DNA from: a virus | Lineage: Duplodnaviria > Caudoviricetes | Virus record (IMG/VR): IMGVR_UViG_3300033067_000146 | Location: 1 to 25,473 of that record | Strand: one strand, 5' to 3' | Length of the DNA: 25,473 nt | In this document: piece after piece, positions 18,165 to 25,237 of the stretch | Position numbering within the stretch: position 1 is the stretch's first letter | How the letters are laid out: every line of letters begins with the position of its first letter | Position numbers and translations under genes: made by a program | The notes under the pieces: model-generated | What the model was told of the DNA's origin: nothing | What the model saw: only the letters and a program-made list of their open reading frames with translations | Databases searched by the model: none

Positions 18165-18527
18165 TTAAGTCCTCATGGGTTGCTGACGGCGGGCAACGCA
18201 AGTCACCACGACGCTGGTCACTGCAGCCGTGACCCTTGGCCGCGCCCAGGCCGTCACTTCTACGACTTGCTCCAGTGCGTTGGCGCTTTTGTTTATGGCG
18301 CCTGCCTGTGCATCGTTCAAGATTTCATAGTTAACGCCATCGTTTGAGCCTTCCCAGACGATAGACCCCGTAGTCCATGTCCCAGCGAATTGAACCGAAC
18401 GGTCAGCCCACTGCGCAAATGGCATGGGTGCGCCGGTATCCCCATTGTTGACCATGGTCCAAGTAAAAGACTTGACCGATCCGTCATCAGGCGGGAGATT
18501 GGCGATAGTGACTGAAACAACTGCCAT
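18165..18527 (-). CDS. Small beta-sandwich virion-like protein (120 aa)
   Basis: AGGAG SD; SVQFAGTW...VWEGSNDGVNY...WARPRV motif. Confidence 0.7.
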   Translation of the reverse strand: MAVVSVTIANLPPDDGSVKSFTWTMVNNGDTGAPMPFAQWADRSVQFAGTWTTGSIVWEGSNDGVNYEILNDAQAGAINKSANALEQVVEVTAWARPRVTAAVTSVVVTCVARRQQPMRT

Positions 18528-18538
18528 AAGTGGCTCCT

Positions 18539-18565
18539 AAAAAAGAAAACCGGCACTTGGCCGGT
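18539..18565 (-). terminator. Intrinsic terminator-like hairpin after terL
   Basis: - strand ACCGGC-CAAGT-GCCGGT followed by TTTCTTTTTT. Confidence 0.7.
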
Positions 18566-18583
18566 CGGTGATCATTTGTTTGT

Positions 18584-19855
18584 TCACCAGCCCATCGTGG
18601 GGTCTAGCGGTTTCCATGGTTCGCCATCGTCATAAAGCTGGTCGTCTTCGTTCGATAGCTGATCAGCAACGACCGAAAGGTATCGGTAGTCATCGGCGCC
18701 ATGGCTGAATTCGTCATGGAGTGGTGCACCTGGTTCGTTGGTCGTCTGGTTTATTGACCGTCGATACCGCTTCAGGCACTCTATGAGTCTGGCCGTCTTG
18801 GTCTTGTCGAAATAGACGCGGGGAAATATCATCCGCGCGGCTTTAATTCCAGACTCGACCGCAATATTCGGTGTGATCTTCACCTTGCGTTTGAACGCCT
18901 TCAGGATTTCCTCGGCACTCTTGCCGGTCTTGAAGTCCTTGGTTCTTCCATCGTGCGGCAGGTAATCGAATCCCCAATTCAGCCGCATTTGATTAAGGCC
19001 AGCCACATACCAATCCAGCGTTTTGTGACTGTCTTCGATGTAGTCGATCACACGAATCTCTGACCTGATCACCTGAACCAACGAAATGGCCATGGAATCA
19101 TTCCAGCCCAAATCCCAAATAGTGTGAACCTTCAGCCTCGGGTCATACGGGACATTGCAGATTCGGCCATTCCTGATTGAGTCGCCAATTTCATGGGCAT
19201 AGATCGCTCCGGCAACAGAGGTCCTGCAGCGGCCATCCCATATCTGCGCATAGTCTTCCGTGTTGGTCAGTTGGCAGTGCAGCCGCTCCTGTTCCAAGAC
19301 CTCAGGGAACCATGGGTTGTCTGTGTAGTTGATCTGCCTAACCAGTGAATTTGGAGGCGGCGAAACTACAAACCGCACATAGGTTTCATCCGTATCAAGC
19401 TCGGGATTGAAAGTCACCCAGACCTCAGATTGATCCTTTCGGATGGTCGGGATTAGCGTGTTCCAACTCTTCTTGCTGATGCTTTGCGCTTCTTCGCACC
19501 AGACAATATCCACACCTGCATGCGATTTGATGGACTCGACCGTCTGGTTTGACAGCCCGGAAAACGTGAAGTTGCTCCCATTCCTGCCGCGAATCTCTGT
19601 CTCAAGAACTTCGTAGAACGACTCAAGACCCATTGATTCAATCTGATCGCTCAACAGGCGGTGGACGGAATCCTTGATGCTCTTTTGAACTTCTCGTGTG
19701 CAGAGGATTCGGAGCTTTTCCTTTGCCGCCAAGACAAGCAGCGCCCTGGCGAAACCCCAACTCTTTCCAGACCCTCGGCCACCGTAGGCCACCTTGAACC
19801 GCGCCGGCTTGAACAGGAAGTCAAGCGCAGGCGGAAACTTGATTTCAGTTTCCAA
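18584..19855 (-). CDS. terL: Terminase large subunit (PBSX/Terminase_3-type ATPase + RNase H-like nuclease, 423 aa)
   Basis: Walker A YGGRGSGKS, REVQKSI, Walker B IVWCEEAQ, TFNP, NYTDNPW; nuclease WDLG and HGADDYRY; TTG start overlapping terS. Confidence 0.96.
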   Translation of the reverse strand: METEIKFPPALDFLFKPARFKVAYGGRGSGKSWGFARALLVLAAKEKLRILCTREVQKSIKDSVHRLLSDQIESMGLESFYEVLETEIRGRNGSNFTFSGLSNQTVESIKSHAGVDIVWCEEAQSISKKSWNTLIPTIRKDQSEVWVTFNPELDTDETYVRFVVSPPPNSLVRQINYTDNPWFPEVLEQERLHCQLTNTEDYAQIWDGRCRTSVAGAIYAHEIGDSIRNGRICNVPYDPRLKVHTIWDLGWNDSMAISLVQVIRSEIRVIDYIEDSHKTLDWYVAGLNQMRLNWGFDYLPHDGRTKDFKTGKSAEEILKAFKRKVKITPNIAVESGIKAARMIFPRVYFDKTKTARLIECLKRYRRSINQTTNEPGAPLHDEFSHGADDYRYLSVVADQLSNEDDQLYDDGEPWKPLDPTMGW

Positions 19856-20375
19856 ACGTCACCTTGAGGTGCAAGTCCTCATCGCCCGCATCCCGATTGA
19901 TGCTGTCTACAGCTTCCTTGTTGGCCCGCAACAAGTTCAGGCCGATCAGACTGGAGTCGTTGGCCATCTTGGTCAGCACAGCCACGTCCTTGAGAGCGCC
20001 CACACTGGCTTCATCCATCGGCCCGGTGTCGTCAATCAGTACAACCTTGCCATGCGCAATGCCGGATAGCCTGTGTGCTGTTGCGGCACCGTAGTTCGCC
20101 GCCCCCGCAAGGTGACCGGAAATGGATCGCAATTGGTCTGCGAGATTTATCGCATTGATTTGTTGCGCAATTGGCAAAGACCGCAAAGCCGTTTCTGTCG
20201 CAAGTATTTGATTTGCAACAGTTTTTATTGTTGCGATTGGTTTCGCAAATCGTCTTGAGATTGCAGCTCGGTTGACGCCATGCTCTTTTGCCAAATCGGC
20301 AGCAGCTTCGCCATCAAGAAGCCTCTTCTCGATAGACTCCCACTGCTTATCCGTTAGCTTTGACTTTCTGCCCAT
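19845..20375 (-). CDS. terS: Terminase small subunit (N-terminal HTH, 176 aa)
   Basis: MGRKSKLTDKQW...AADLAKEHGVNRAAISRRF HTH plus helical oligomerisation region; overlaps the terL start. Confidence 0.8.
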   Translation of the reverse strand: MGRKSKLTDKQWESIEKRLLDGEAAADLAKEHGVNRAAISRRFAKPIATIKTVANQILATETALRSLPIAQQINAINLADQLRSISGHLAGAANYGAATAHRLSGIAHGKVVLIDDTGPMDEASVGALKDVAVLTKMANDSSLIGLNLLRANKEAVDSINRDAGDEDLHLKVTFGN

Positions 20376-20378
20376 TTC

Positions 20379-21058
20379 TCACGATGACAAAACAATCTTT
20401 GGAGCCGATGGCTTCCTCACAGCCCAGCTTTCCCTTAGCGCAAGAGACATTTTTGCGCGATATTCAGTAGATTTCATCTTTTCTTTGCGCTCATCTGTCC
20501 ATAAAGCCTTCAACCTTGACACTTCTTCAGCATTTGCCTTGATGCCTTTATTCCATGGCGCGCGACCCTTACCAGTAGCTGATAACTTTGCTCTCATGTC
20601 TTCTGTCAATTTCCAGTTGCTTGCCTTTCTTGCTGCGGCGACTTTTTCGACATGATCACGTTTTTGTTTGCGCCCAGTCAGTGCTGTGGCTATTTTTTGT
20701 TTATGGCATGCCGGAAGTATGGTGCCTTTCTTGGCATTTGACATTTTTAAGAGGCTTTCTGATCGGTGTTTAAATCCACTAACCCCTTCGCCACCGTCAG
20801 TAATATTTGCTAACAAGAAACCATCTTGGCGCAATTGGTTGATGTGCAAAACCTCGTCTGCTAACGCCTCAGACTCATTGGCACACAGAAAACATGAATT
20901 TTGATGTTTTCTTTTCCATACTGTTCAACGACTTTTCTATGCAAGCAGTTTCTGCCGCGGATTAAATTGTGACTTCTTGCGCCATGTCCTTTGCCAACAT
21001 AGAACGGGTCTCCGTTTGGCTTGCAATGAAGATAGACATAAAATTCTGACTGCCCCAT
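20379..21058 (-). pseudogene. Frameshifted GIY-YIG-like / NUMOD3 homing endonuclease
   Basis: ORF 20861..21058 has FYVYLH...PFYVGKG...R; ORF 20379..20849 has LANITDGGEG plus NUMOD3-like repeats (KMSNAKKG, KIATALTG, KLSATGKG). Adding one base near 20889-20892 restores IHVFLCANESEALADEVLHI. Confidence 0.85.
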
Positions 21059-21061
21059 GAT

Positions 21062-21352
21062 CTAACTAGGTAGTAAGATTTTTGGCTGTTTCGGGGCTGC
21101 AATGTGATGTGGATCAACGGCGTACCGGGCAAACGGCTCATCGCCATGCATATCAACTGGACTCAGAATCACAGCAGTCAGGCGGCTGGTTCCGGGTTCA
21201 CGTAGGACCGATACCGTGCAGCCGTCGAAGTCTGCCGGCAGGTCGTGAGCAAGTGCCACGATGCCCAGAAGATCACCACCCATTTCAATGATGTCGTCAT
21301 TTGTGGGTTTGGGTTCTTCCATGGTCACCCCAGACATGATGGCTTCGTTCAT
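21062..21352 (-). CDS. Hypothetical protein (96 aa)
   Basis: ATGA overlap with the upstream gene; fills the gap before the endonuclease. Confidence 0.6.
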   Translation of the reverse strand: MNEAIMSGVTMEEPKPTNDDIIEMGGDLLGIVALAHDLPADFDGCTVSVLREPGTSRLTAVILSPVDMHGDEPFARYAVDPHHIAAPKQPKILLPS

Positions 21353-21642
21353 CGTTGCATCCTGGCAGCGCCAAAAGCATCGGCGGCGGCGGTTTGTTCT
21401 GCCTCGGCTTGAGGTTGTCCACCTGATTTCATGAGTTCGTAGGCCATGGACAGAGCTTCCTTCACATCTTTGGCAGGTTTCATGCCTGCTTCTGGTTGGC
21501 CGGGTTGCTCTGCGGCTTCCTGCTCTGGGGTATCAATACCCACGGCGAAAGTTCCGTCCGGGTTGACCTGAATACACACGGTAAATCCGGGTTTGGCTTC
21601 TTGGTCGGGTTGACCAGCCATGATGGGTTGCTGCATGTCCAT
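21349..21642 (-). CDS. Small acidic protein with scaffold-like C-terminal motif (97 aa; start revised to MDMQQP)
   Basis: AAGGA SD before ATG 21642; C-terminus EQTAAADAFGAAR. Confidence 0.7.
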   Translation of the reverse strand: MDMQQPIMAGQPDQEAKPGFTVCIQVNPDGTFAVGIDTPEQEAAEQPGQPEAGMKPAKDVKEALSMAYELMKSGGQPQAEAEQTAAADAFGAARMQR

Positions 21643-21828
21643 TGGAGTTCCTTGGTTTGTCCCCGCCCACCCGCATACCGCCCAGGTAGACAGGCGATCG
21701 CGCTGCACTATGTCGAGGATTGCAGCCCATGAGGTCAGGGTGTGAGCTGCTTGCCCTGCGCCGCGATTTGCCTTTTGTCGTAGCCTGGCGGCTGGAATGA
21801 CCGGCTGGCAATCGTGATCGGCGGGAAT

Positions 21829-21860
21829 AAAAAAGCCCCAGCCAGTTACCCAGCCGGGGC
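21829..21860 (-). terminator. Intrinsic terminator after rha
   Basis: - strand GCCCCGGCTGG-GTAA-CTGGCTGGGGC followed by TTTTTT. Confidence 0.8.
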
Positions 21861-21880
21861 GTGTACGTCCAGTACGAAAA

Positions 21881-22402
21881 TCAGTTCAGCAGGCTTGGTT
21901 GCACCAATTTCTGCAATGCAGCCAGTTCAGATTCAGGAATTGGCTTCTCTTGTTTGCGCTTATTCAGACCGCGGCCATGGAAACTTCCGCGCTCATGGCT
22001 GTTTTTGCACTCCAGTTCCTTGGCTGCGCACTGATAAGTCAAGCCTACGCGCTGATTCTTGATGTACGCATCCATAGCGTTGAATGCATCAATGTATGCC
22101 AGCTTGTAGCTCAACGCCTTAACGCCAGTAAACCCCATGGCCAGCAAACTGAAGCCATCGCGGGTAATTGTGAATGCACGGTCATGCCGTATTGCGCCAT
22201 TCCCAATATCGACCGGAATTAACATGTCCCCAAACATGGTGCGATGTTCTCCATGCAGGTTTTGCATCAAAACATCAATGGCCCGAAGCACTCTGTCGTG
22301 ACGTTTTCCGAAGGCAGCAGCTACCTTACGCGAGTCAGTCGTCAGGGTTTCACCATCAGCATCAATGAAGGCGCGGAAGTTCAATACAGGAAGATCGTTC
22401 AT
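21881..22402 (-). CDS. rha: Rha family phage regulatory protein (173 aa; start revised to MNDLPV)
   Basis: TTDSRKVAAAFGKRHDRVLRAID...ITRDGFSLLAMGFTGVKALSYKLAYIDAFNAM is the Rha signature. Confidence 0.92.
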   Translation of the reverse strand: MNDLPVLNFRAFIDADGETLTTDSRKVAAAFGKRHDRVLRAIDVLMQNLHGEHRTMFGDMLIPVDIGNGAIRHDRAFTITRDGFSLLAMGFTGVKALSYKLAYIDAFNAMDAYIKNQRVGLTYQCAAKELECKNSHERGSFHGRGLNKRKQEKPIPESELAALQKLVQPSLLN

Positions 22403-22422
22403 GTTCACTTTCGTTGGGACGT

Positions 22423-22446
22423 AAAAAAGCCCCAGTGAAGGGGCTT
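22423..22446 (-). terminator. Intrinsic terminator before rha
   Basis: - strand AAGCCCC-TTCACT-GGGGCTT followed by TTTT. Confidence 0.75.
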
Positions 22447-22547
22447 GGATGGTCTGGTCTTTGCCAGTTAAATAGATTCGCCCAACTGAGTCATGCGCCT
22501 CTTGCGTATAGCGTGCGCGTGTAGGCAGTCTCAGTGGGCTGAAAACG

Positions 22548-22577
22548 AAAAAAGCCAGCGGATTAAGGCTGGCTTTT
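22548..22577 (-). terminator. Intrinsic terminator (tR'-like) after Q
   Basis: - strand GCCAGC-CTTAATCC-GCTGGC followed by TTTTTT; an A/T tract on the other side makes it possibly bidirectional. Confidence 0.8.
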
Positions 22578-22635
22578 GGAGTCGGCTCTGCCACGATGGG
22601 CGGAGCGCTTTGATCTTGTTACCGCAACACACGGT

Positions 22636-22682
22636 ATTTATACGGCTGCGGGATTGTAATCACAAATTGAGTGTAGGTGCAA
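22636..22682 (-). promoter_or_regulatory. Candidate late promoter pR'-like with downstream -10-like element
   Basis: - strand TTGCAC (22682-22677), 18 nt, TACAAT (22658-22653), then TATAAAT (22642-22636). Alternative reading: TTGTGA-17-TATAAA. Overlaps the end of the Q-like gene. Confidence 0.55.
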
Positions 22683-23259
22683 TAGTCTTCATGGCCTCGG
22701 TTCCTGCCCTGCCCGTCGCCCGGGTCATTTCGGCTTCCAGCCACCTGGCCAACTCCCGGTGTTCTGGTCGGAATTGGGGCTCAAACTTGATCCTGCCCGT
22801 TCCTTTGCAGGGTTGGCACTCGTGACCACTCATGGCTGGGGTTCCTGGGATCAGCGTCATCCCGTGACCACCACAAGGCTTGCAGGTTCCGTCCCGGTGC
22901 CATGCCAGACAGGCTTTGGCCATGTCGTCACACTGCACTCGGTTGATCTTCACCCTCATGGGCCATGACCGATTGAAAGCCATGTCTGACAGCATTCTCA
23001 CGATTTCCGCTGCTGCCCGGTTGTCCCCCGTGAACAGGCGCTCCAGCGGTACAGACAGAGGCGACGGCTTGACCGGCTCCCATTGATCGGGTCCGGTCGA
23101 TCGCTTTCCTTCTGTCAGATGCTTGTCAGCCAGTCCATACGCGCCAAGCACGTCTACATCTTCAAACCCCTGCTTAGCGTCCGGGTCGAACTCGGATTCC
23201 CGGTGGGCTTTCAGGTTTGAGCTTCTTGTGGCTCCAGCGTAGCGGTCGGCTATCTTCAT
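22660..23259 (-). CDS. Q: Late antitermination protein, Q-like Zn-finger (199 aa)
   Basis: CKPCGGHG...CQPCKGTG Zn motif; last gene of the nin-like region, followed by a promoter and terminators; AAGGA SD. Confidence 0.75.
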   Translation of the reverse strand: MKIADRYAGATRSSNLKAHRESEFDPDAKQGFEDVDVLGAYGLADKHLTEGKRSTGPDQWEPVKPSPLSVPLERLFTGDNRAAAEIVRMLSDMAFNRSWPMRVKINRVQCDDMAKACLAWHRDGTCKPCGGHGMTLIPGTPAMSGHECQPCKGTGRIKFEPQFRPEHRELARWLEAEMTRATGRAGTEAMKTIAPTLNL

Positions 23260-23274
23260 GGGCTTCCTTTTTAG

Positions 23275-23769
23275 TTATCTCATCAGGCCGGCGAATGGGT
23301 TCCCCTGATGCTCCACCCAGCTTCTGCCACATCGGACATGGCTGACAAGTGCGCAACTCGTGCCCAATTCTTTGGCCCAGACCTTACCTTGCTTGGTTTC
23401 TTTGGTGGCGATGATCTCGCGGGCAATGTCCATGGTGATCTTCCCGAATCTGTTCCGGTTGGCCCTGGCGCCTGATGCCCGGCGCTTGAGTCTGGTCGCC
23501 GGGTTGGCCATGGCCTTTTTGGTGATCTCGGCCTTCGTTGTCAACTTCAGGCATGACACACACCTTGGACTATTGCACTTGGTTGAGGCAAACATTCCTT
23601 CAGGAATGGGGCCGTTTTGTGCTTCCCAGACCATTCGGCGGACCATCTTCCCTCTGAACTTTGGCTGGTTGGTTTTTCTGAAATAGCTGTTCCACAGTAG
23701 GCAGTCACCCCACTCTTCTGTGCGGTCGATGATGTCCATCAAGGTCAGGGTGTCTTCTATCTCGGTCAT
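23275..23769 (-). CDS. Degenerate HNH-like protein with C-terminal HTH (164 aa; start revised to MTEIED)
   Basis: ATGA overlap at 23766-23769; GDCLLW...VRRMVWE..NGPIPEG...C.SPRCV; C-terminal WAKELGTSCALVSHVRCGRSW HTH. Confidence 0.7.
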   Translation of the reverse strand: MTEIEDTLTLMDIIDRTEEWGDCLLWNSYFRKTNQPKFRGKMVRRMVWEAQNGPIPEGMFASTKCNSPRCVSCLKLTTKAEITKKAMANPATRLKRRASGARANRNRFGKITMDIAREIIATKETKQGKVWAKELGTSCALVSHVRCGRSWVEHQGNPFAGLMR

Positions 23770-24281
23770 TCTTCGTATTTCGGTAGGTTCTTGGGCCACT
23801 TGCCCTGCGCCAGCACCAGCGTGCGGGTTTTGGCAGCGTAGGTAGCCTCCAGCGCGCGGCGCTCGGCCTGCTTCAGGTTTCCGGATGTGCCCACATACCA
23901 ATGGCAGCCGGGCTCCTGCCCGTGGGGGCCACACCCGGGCCAGCCGCGGCGGTCATCGGTCTTGATGGCCATGCCTTTGCCTTCATCCGAATGGCAGAAC
24001 TGGGTGAATCCCTGAATGCCGCAACGGATGCAGGGCAGCCGGCGCACGGCCGACTGATAGGCCGGGCTGGTGACTGCGTTTTCTTTGGCAATCAATACGC
24101 TGGGTAGCTCCCCAACTCGAACCATGACTGCCCGCGCCTTCCGAATGGTCTTGATGGCCAACTTCGTTGATTCCTCCCATTCAGGCGGGGGGTAGCCAAG
24201 AGGCCGGGTTGGCGCAGGCAGGCTGGTTTCCAGCATCTGACGCGGCCAGCCGGTGCGTTTCATGGGGGTGCGGCGCATCAT
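23766..24281 (-). CDS. DUF968/Ref-like Zn-binding nuclease-type protein (171 aa)
   Basis: VRRLPCIRCG...CH...KGMAIKTDD...WPGC...GCH motif typical of nin-region proteins. Confidence 0.65.
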   Translation of the reverse strand: MMRRTPMKRTGWPRQMLETSLPAPTRPLGYPPPEWEESTKLAIKTIRKARAVMVRVGELPSVLIAKENAVTSPAYQSAVRRLPCIRCGIQGFTQFCHSDEGKGMAIKTDDRRGWPGCGPHGQEPGCHWYVGTSGNLKQAERRALEATYAAKTRTLVLAQGKWPKNLPKYEE

Positions 24282-24283
24282 GG

Positions 24284-24550
24284 TCAGAACGTCGTCGGCT
24301 GGGCAATGCCACGGATGACGGCCATGAAACCGCGCTGCAGGTCGGTCGCGCCGATGCTGATCCAGCGTTGGTCCAGCGGCGGGGTCAGCTGGGTCACGTC
24401 CGTTTTACGGGCAACGTCCGCATAGGTGCGCAGCTTGGCGATGTACTCGCCGCAGGCTTCGGCCAGGGCCTTGCCCTCATTCATCAGCGCGACTTCAGCC
24501 TCACTCAGTTGGCGATAGCCGGTGATCTTGGGTTGGGTGAAAGTTTCCAT
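24284..24550 (-). CDS. acb2: Acb2-like anti-CBASS cyclic oligonucleotide sponge (88 aa)
   Basis: KITGYRQLSEAEVALMNEGK...RWISIGATDLQRGFMAVIRGIAQPTTF matches recalled Acb2/T4 Vs.4-family N- and C-terminal signatures and size; AAGGAG SD. Confidence 0.88.
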   Translation of the reverse strand: METFTQPKITGYRQLSEAEVALMNEGKALAEACGEYIAKLRTYADVARKTDVTQLTPPLDQRWISIGATDLQRGFMAVIRGIAQPTTF

Positions 24551-24577
24551 GGTTCTCCTTCGGTGGTTGAAAAATTG

Positions 24578-24787
24578 TTAGCGGCGGCTCAACTGGTCGA
24601 TCAGCTGGGCCATCGCGGAAGCCTCGGCAATGTCGGTCGTGCGCAAACCGCCTGGCAACACCCAGCCTTCCGGGATGAACGGGCCGCAGCTGGGGGCCCA
24701 GATGATCCGGCCCTTGCCGATCGTGATGTTGTCGGGGTGATCGAACACTCCTGAAATCCGTTGTTCAATAAGGCGTTCGGTGGGCAT
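24578..24787 (-). CDS. Hypothetical protein (69 aa)
   Basis: AAGGAG SD; IGKGRI...GWVLPGG motif. Confidence 0.7.
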   Translation of the reverse strand: MPTERLIEQRISGVFDHPDNITIGKGRIIWAPSCGPFIPEGWVLPGGLRTTDIAEASAMAQLIDQLSRR

Positions 24788-24959
24788 AGGGCTCCTTTGG
24801 GTTGTAGGTGGGCTTTATCGGTGGCTTCCAGCGTTTCTGGTCCGGCTTTTTCTCGTAGAAGTCGACGGCCTCGATCTGCCAAACCTCCACGCCGGTGACG
24901 ATCCTTTTCTTCTTCGTGTTTTTTGTGTGGGAGAACAGGAAGGCGATGGATTGGGTCAT
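24765..24959 (-). CDS. Hypothetical basic protein (64 aa)
   Basis: ATGA overlap with the upstream stop; 23-nt overlap with the next gene. Confidence 0.5.
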   Translation of the reverse strand: MTQSIAFLFSHTKNTKKKRIVTGVEVWQIEAVDFYEKKPDQKRWKPPIKPTYNPKEPYAHRTPY

Positions 24960-25237
24960 GCCGGCTGTCTCTCGTCCAGATACTTCTCGTCATTGGCCGC
25001 GTGAGGCTTGATGGGAGGTATCTTCCTGAGCCATGACTGGGCAAAGTCACACTGCGTCCCGGTGGCTCCGTACTCTGTGGTCAGGCCGGTCCCGGCGCAG
25101 CGCCAGATCCTGCCAAACTGACTGTGTTCACCCTGCAGGCTGACGACCGTCACCCGCTTGCCCACATTGGGTCCACGGTCCCCGAGTGCGCCAGCGATCA
25201 CCTCGCACACATCGCCGGATTTGATGGGTTCAATCAT
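24956..25237 (-). CDS. Hypothetical SH3/KOW-like protein (93 aa; start revised to MIEPIK)
   Basis: ATGA overlap at 25234-25237 with a GGAG SD; IKSGDVCEVI...NVGKRVTV...WLRKI pattern. Confidence 0.65.
   Translation of the reverse strand: MIEPIKSGDVCEVIAGALGDRGPNVGKRVTVVSLQGEHSQFGRIWRCAGTGLTTEYGATGTQCDFAQSWLRKIPPIKPHAANDEKYLDERQPA

Noticed and set aside
20880-20900. Programmed -1 ribosomal frameshift in the endonuclease
   Set aside because: T GTT TTC is not an X XXY YYZ heptamer and no obvious stimulatory structure follows.
21720-21785. c-di-GMP-I (GEMM) riboswitch suggested by AAAAGGCAAA
   Set aside because: The GNRA-capped P2 and the GACGCAAAG-type junction are not present; kept only as an unassigned structured RNA candidate.
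22403-22594. N-terminal extension of Rha given by the ORF track (likewise extensions at 10748-10822, 13008-13046, 15826-15867, 21643-21708, 23770-23934, 25238-25282)
   Set aside because: The extensions run through terminators, upstream genes or a structured intergenic region; downstream starts have an SD, stop-start coupling or (for Rha) begin at the recognisable domain.
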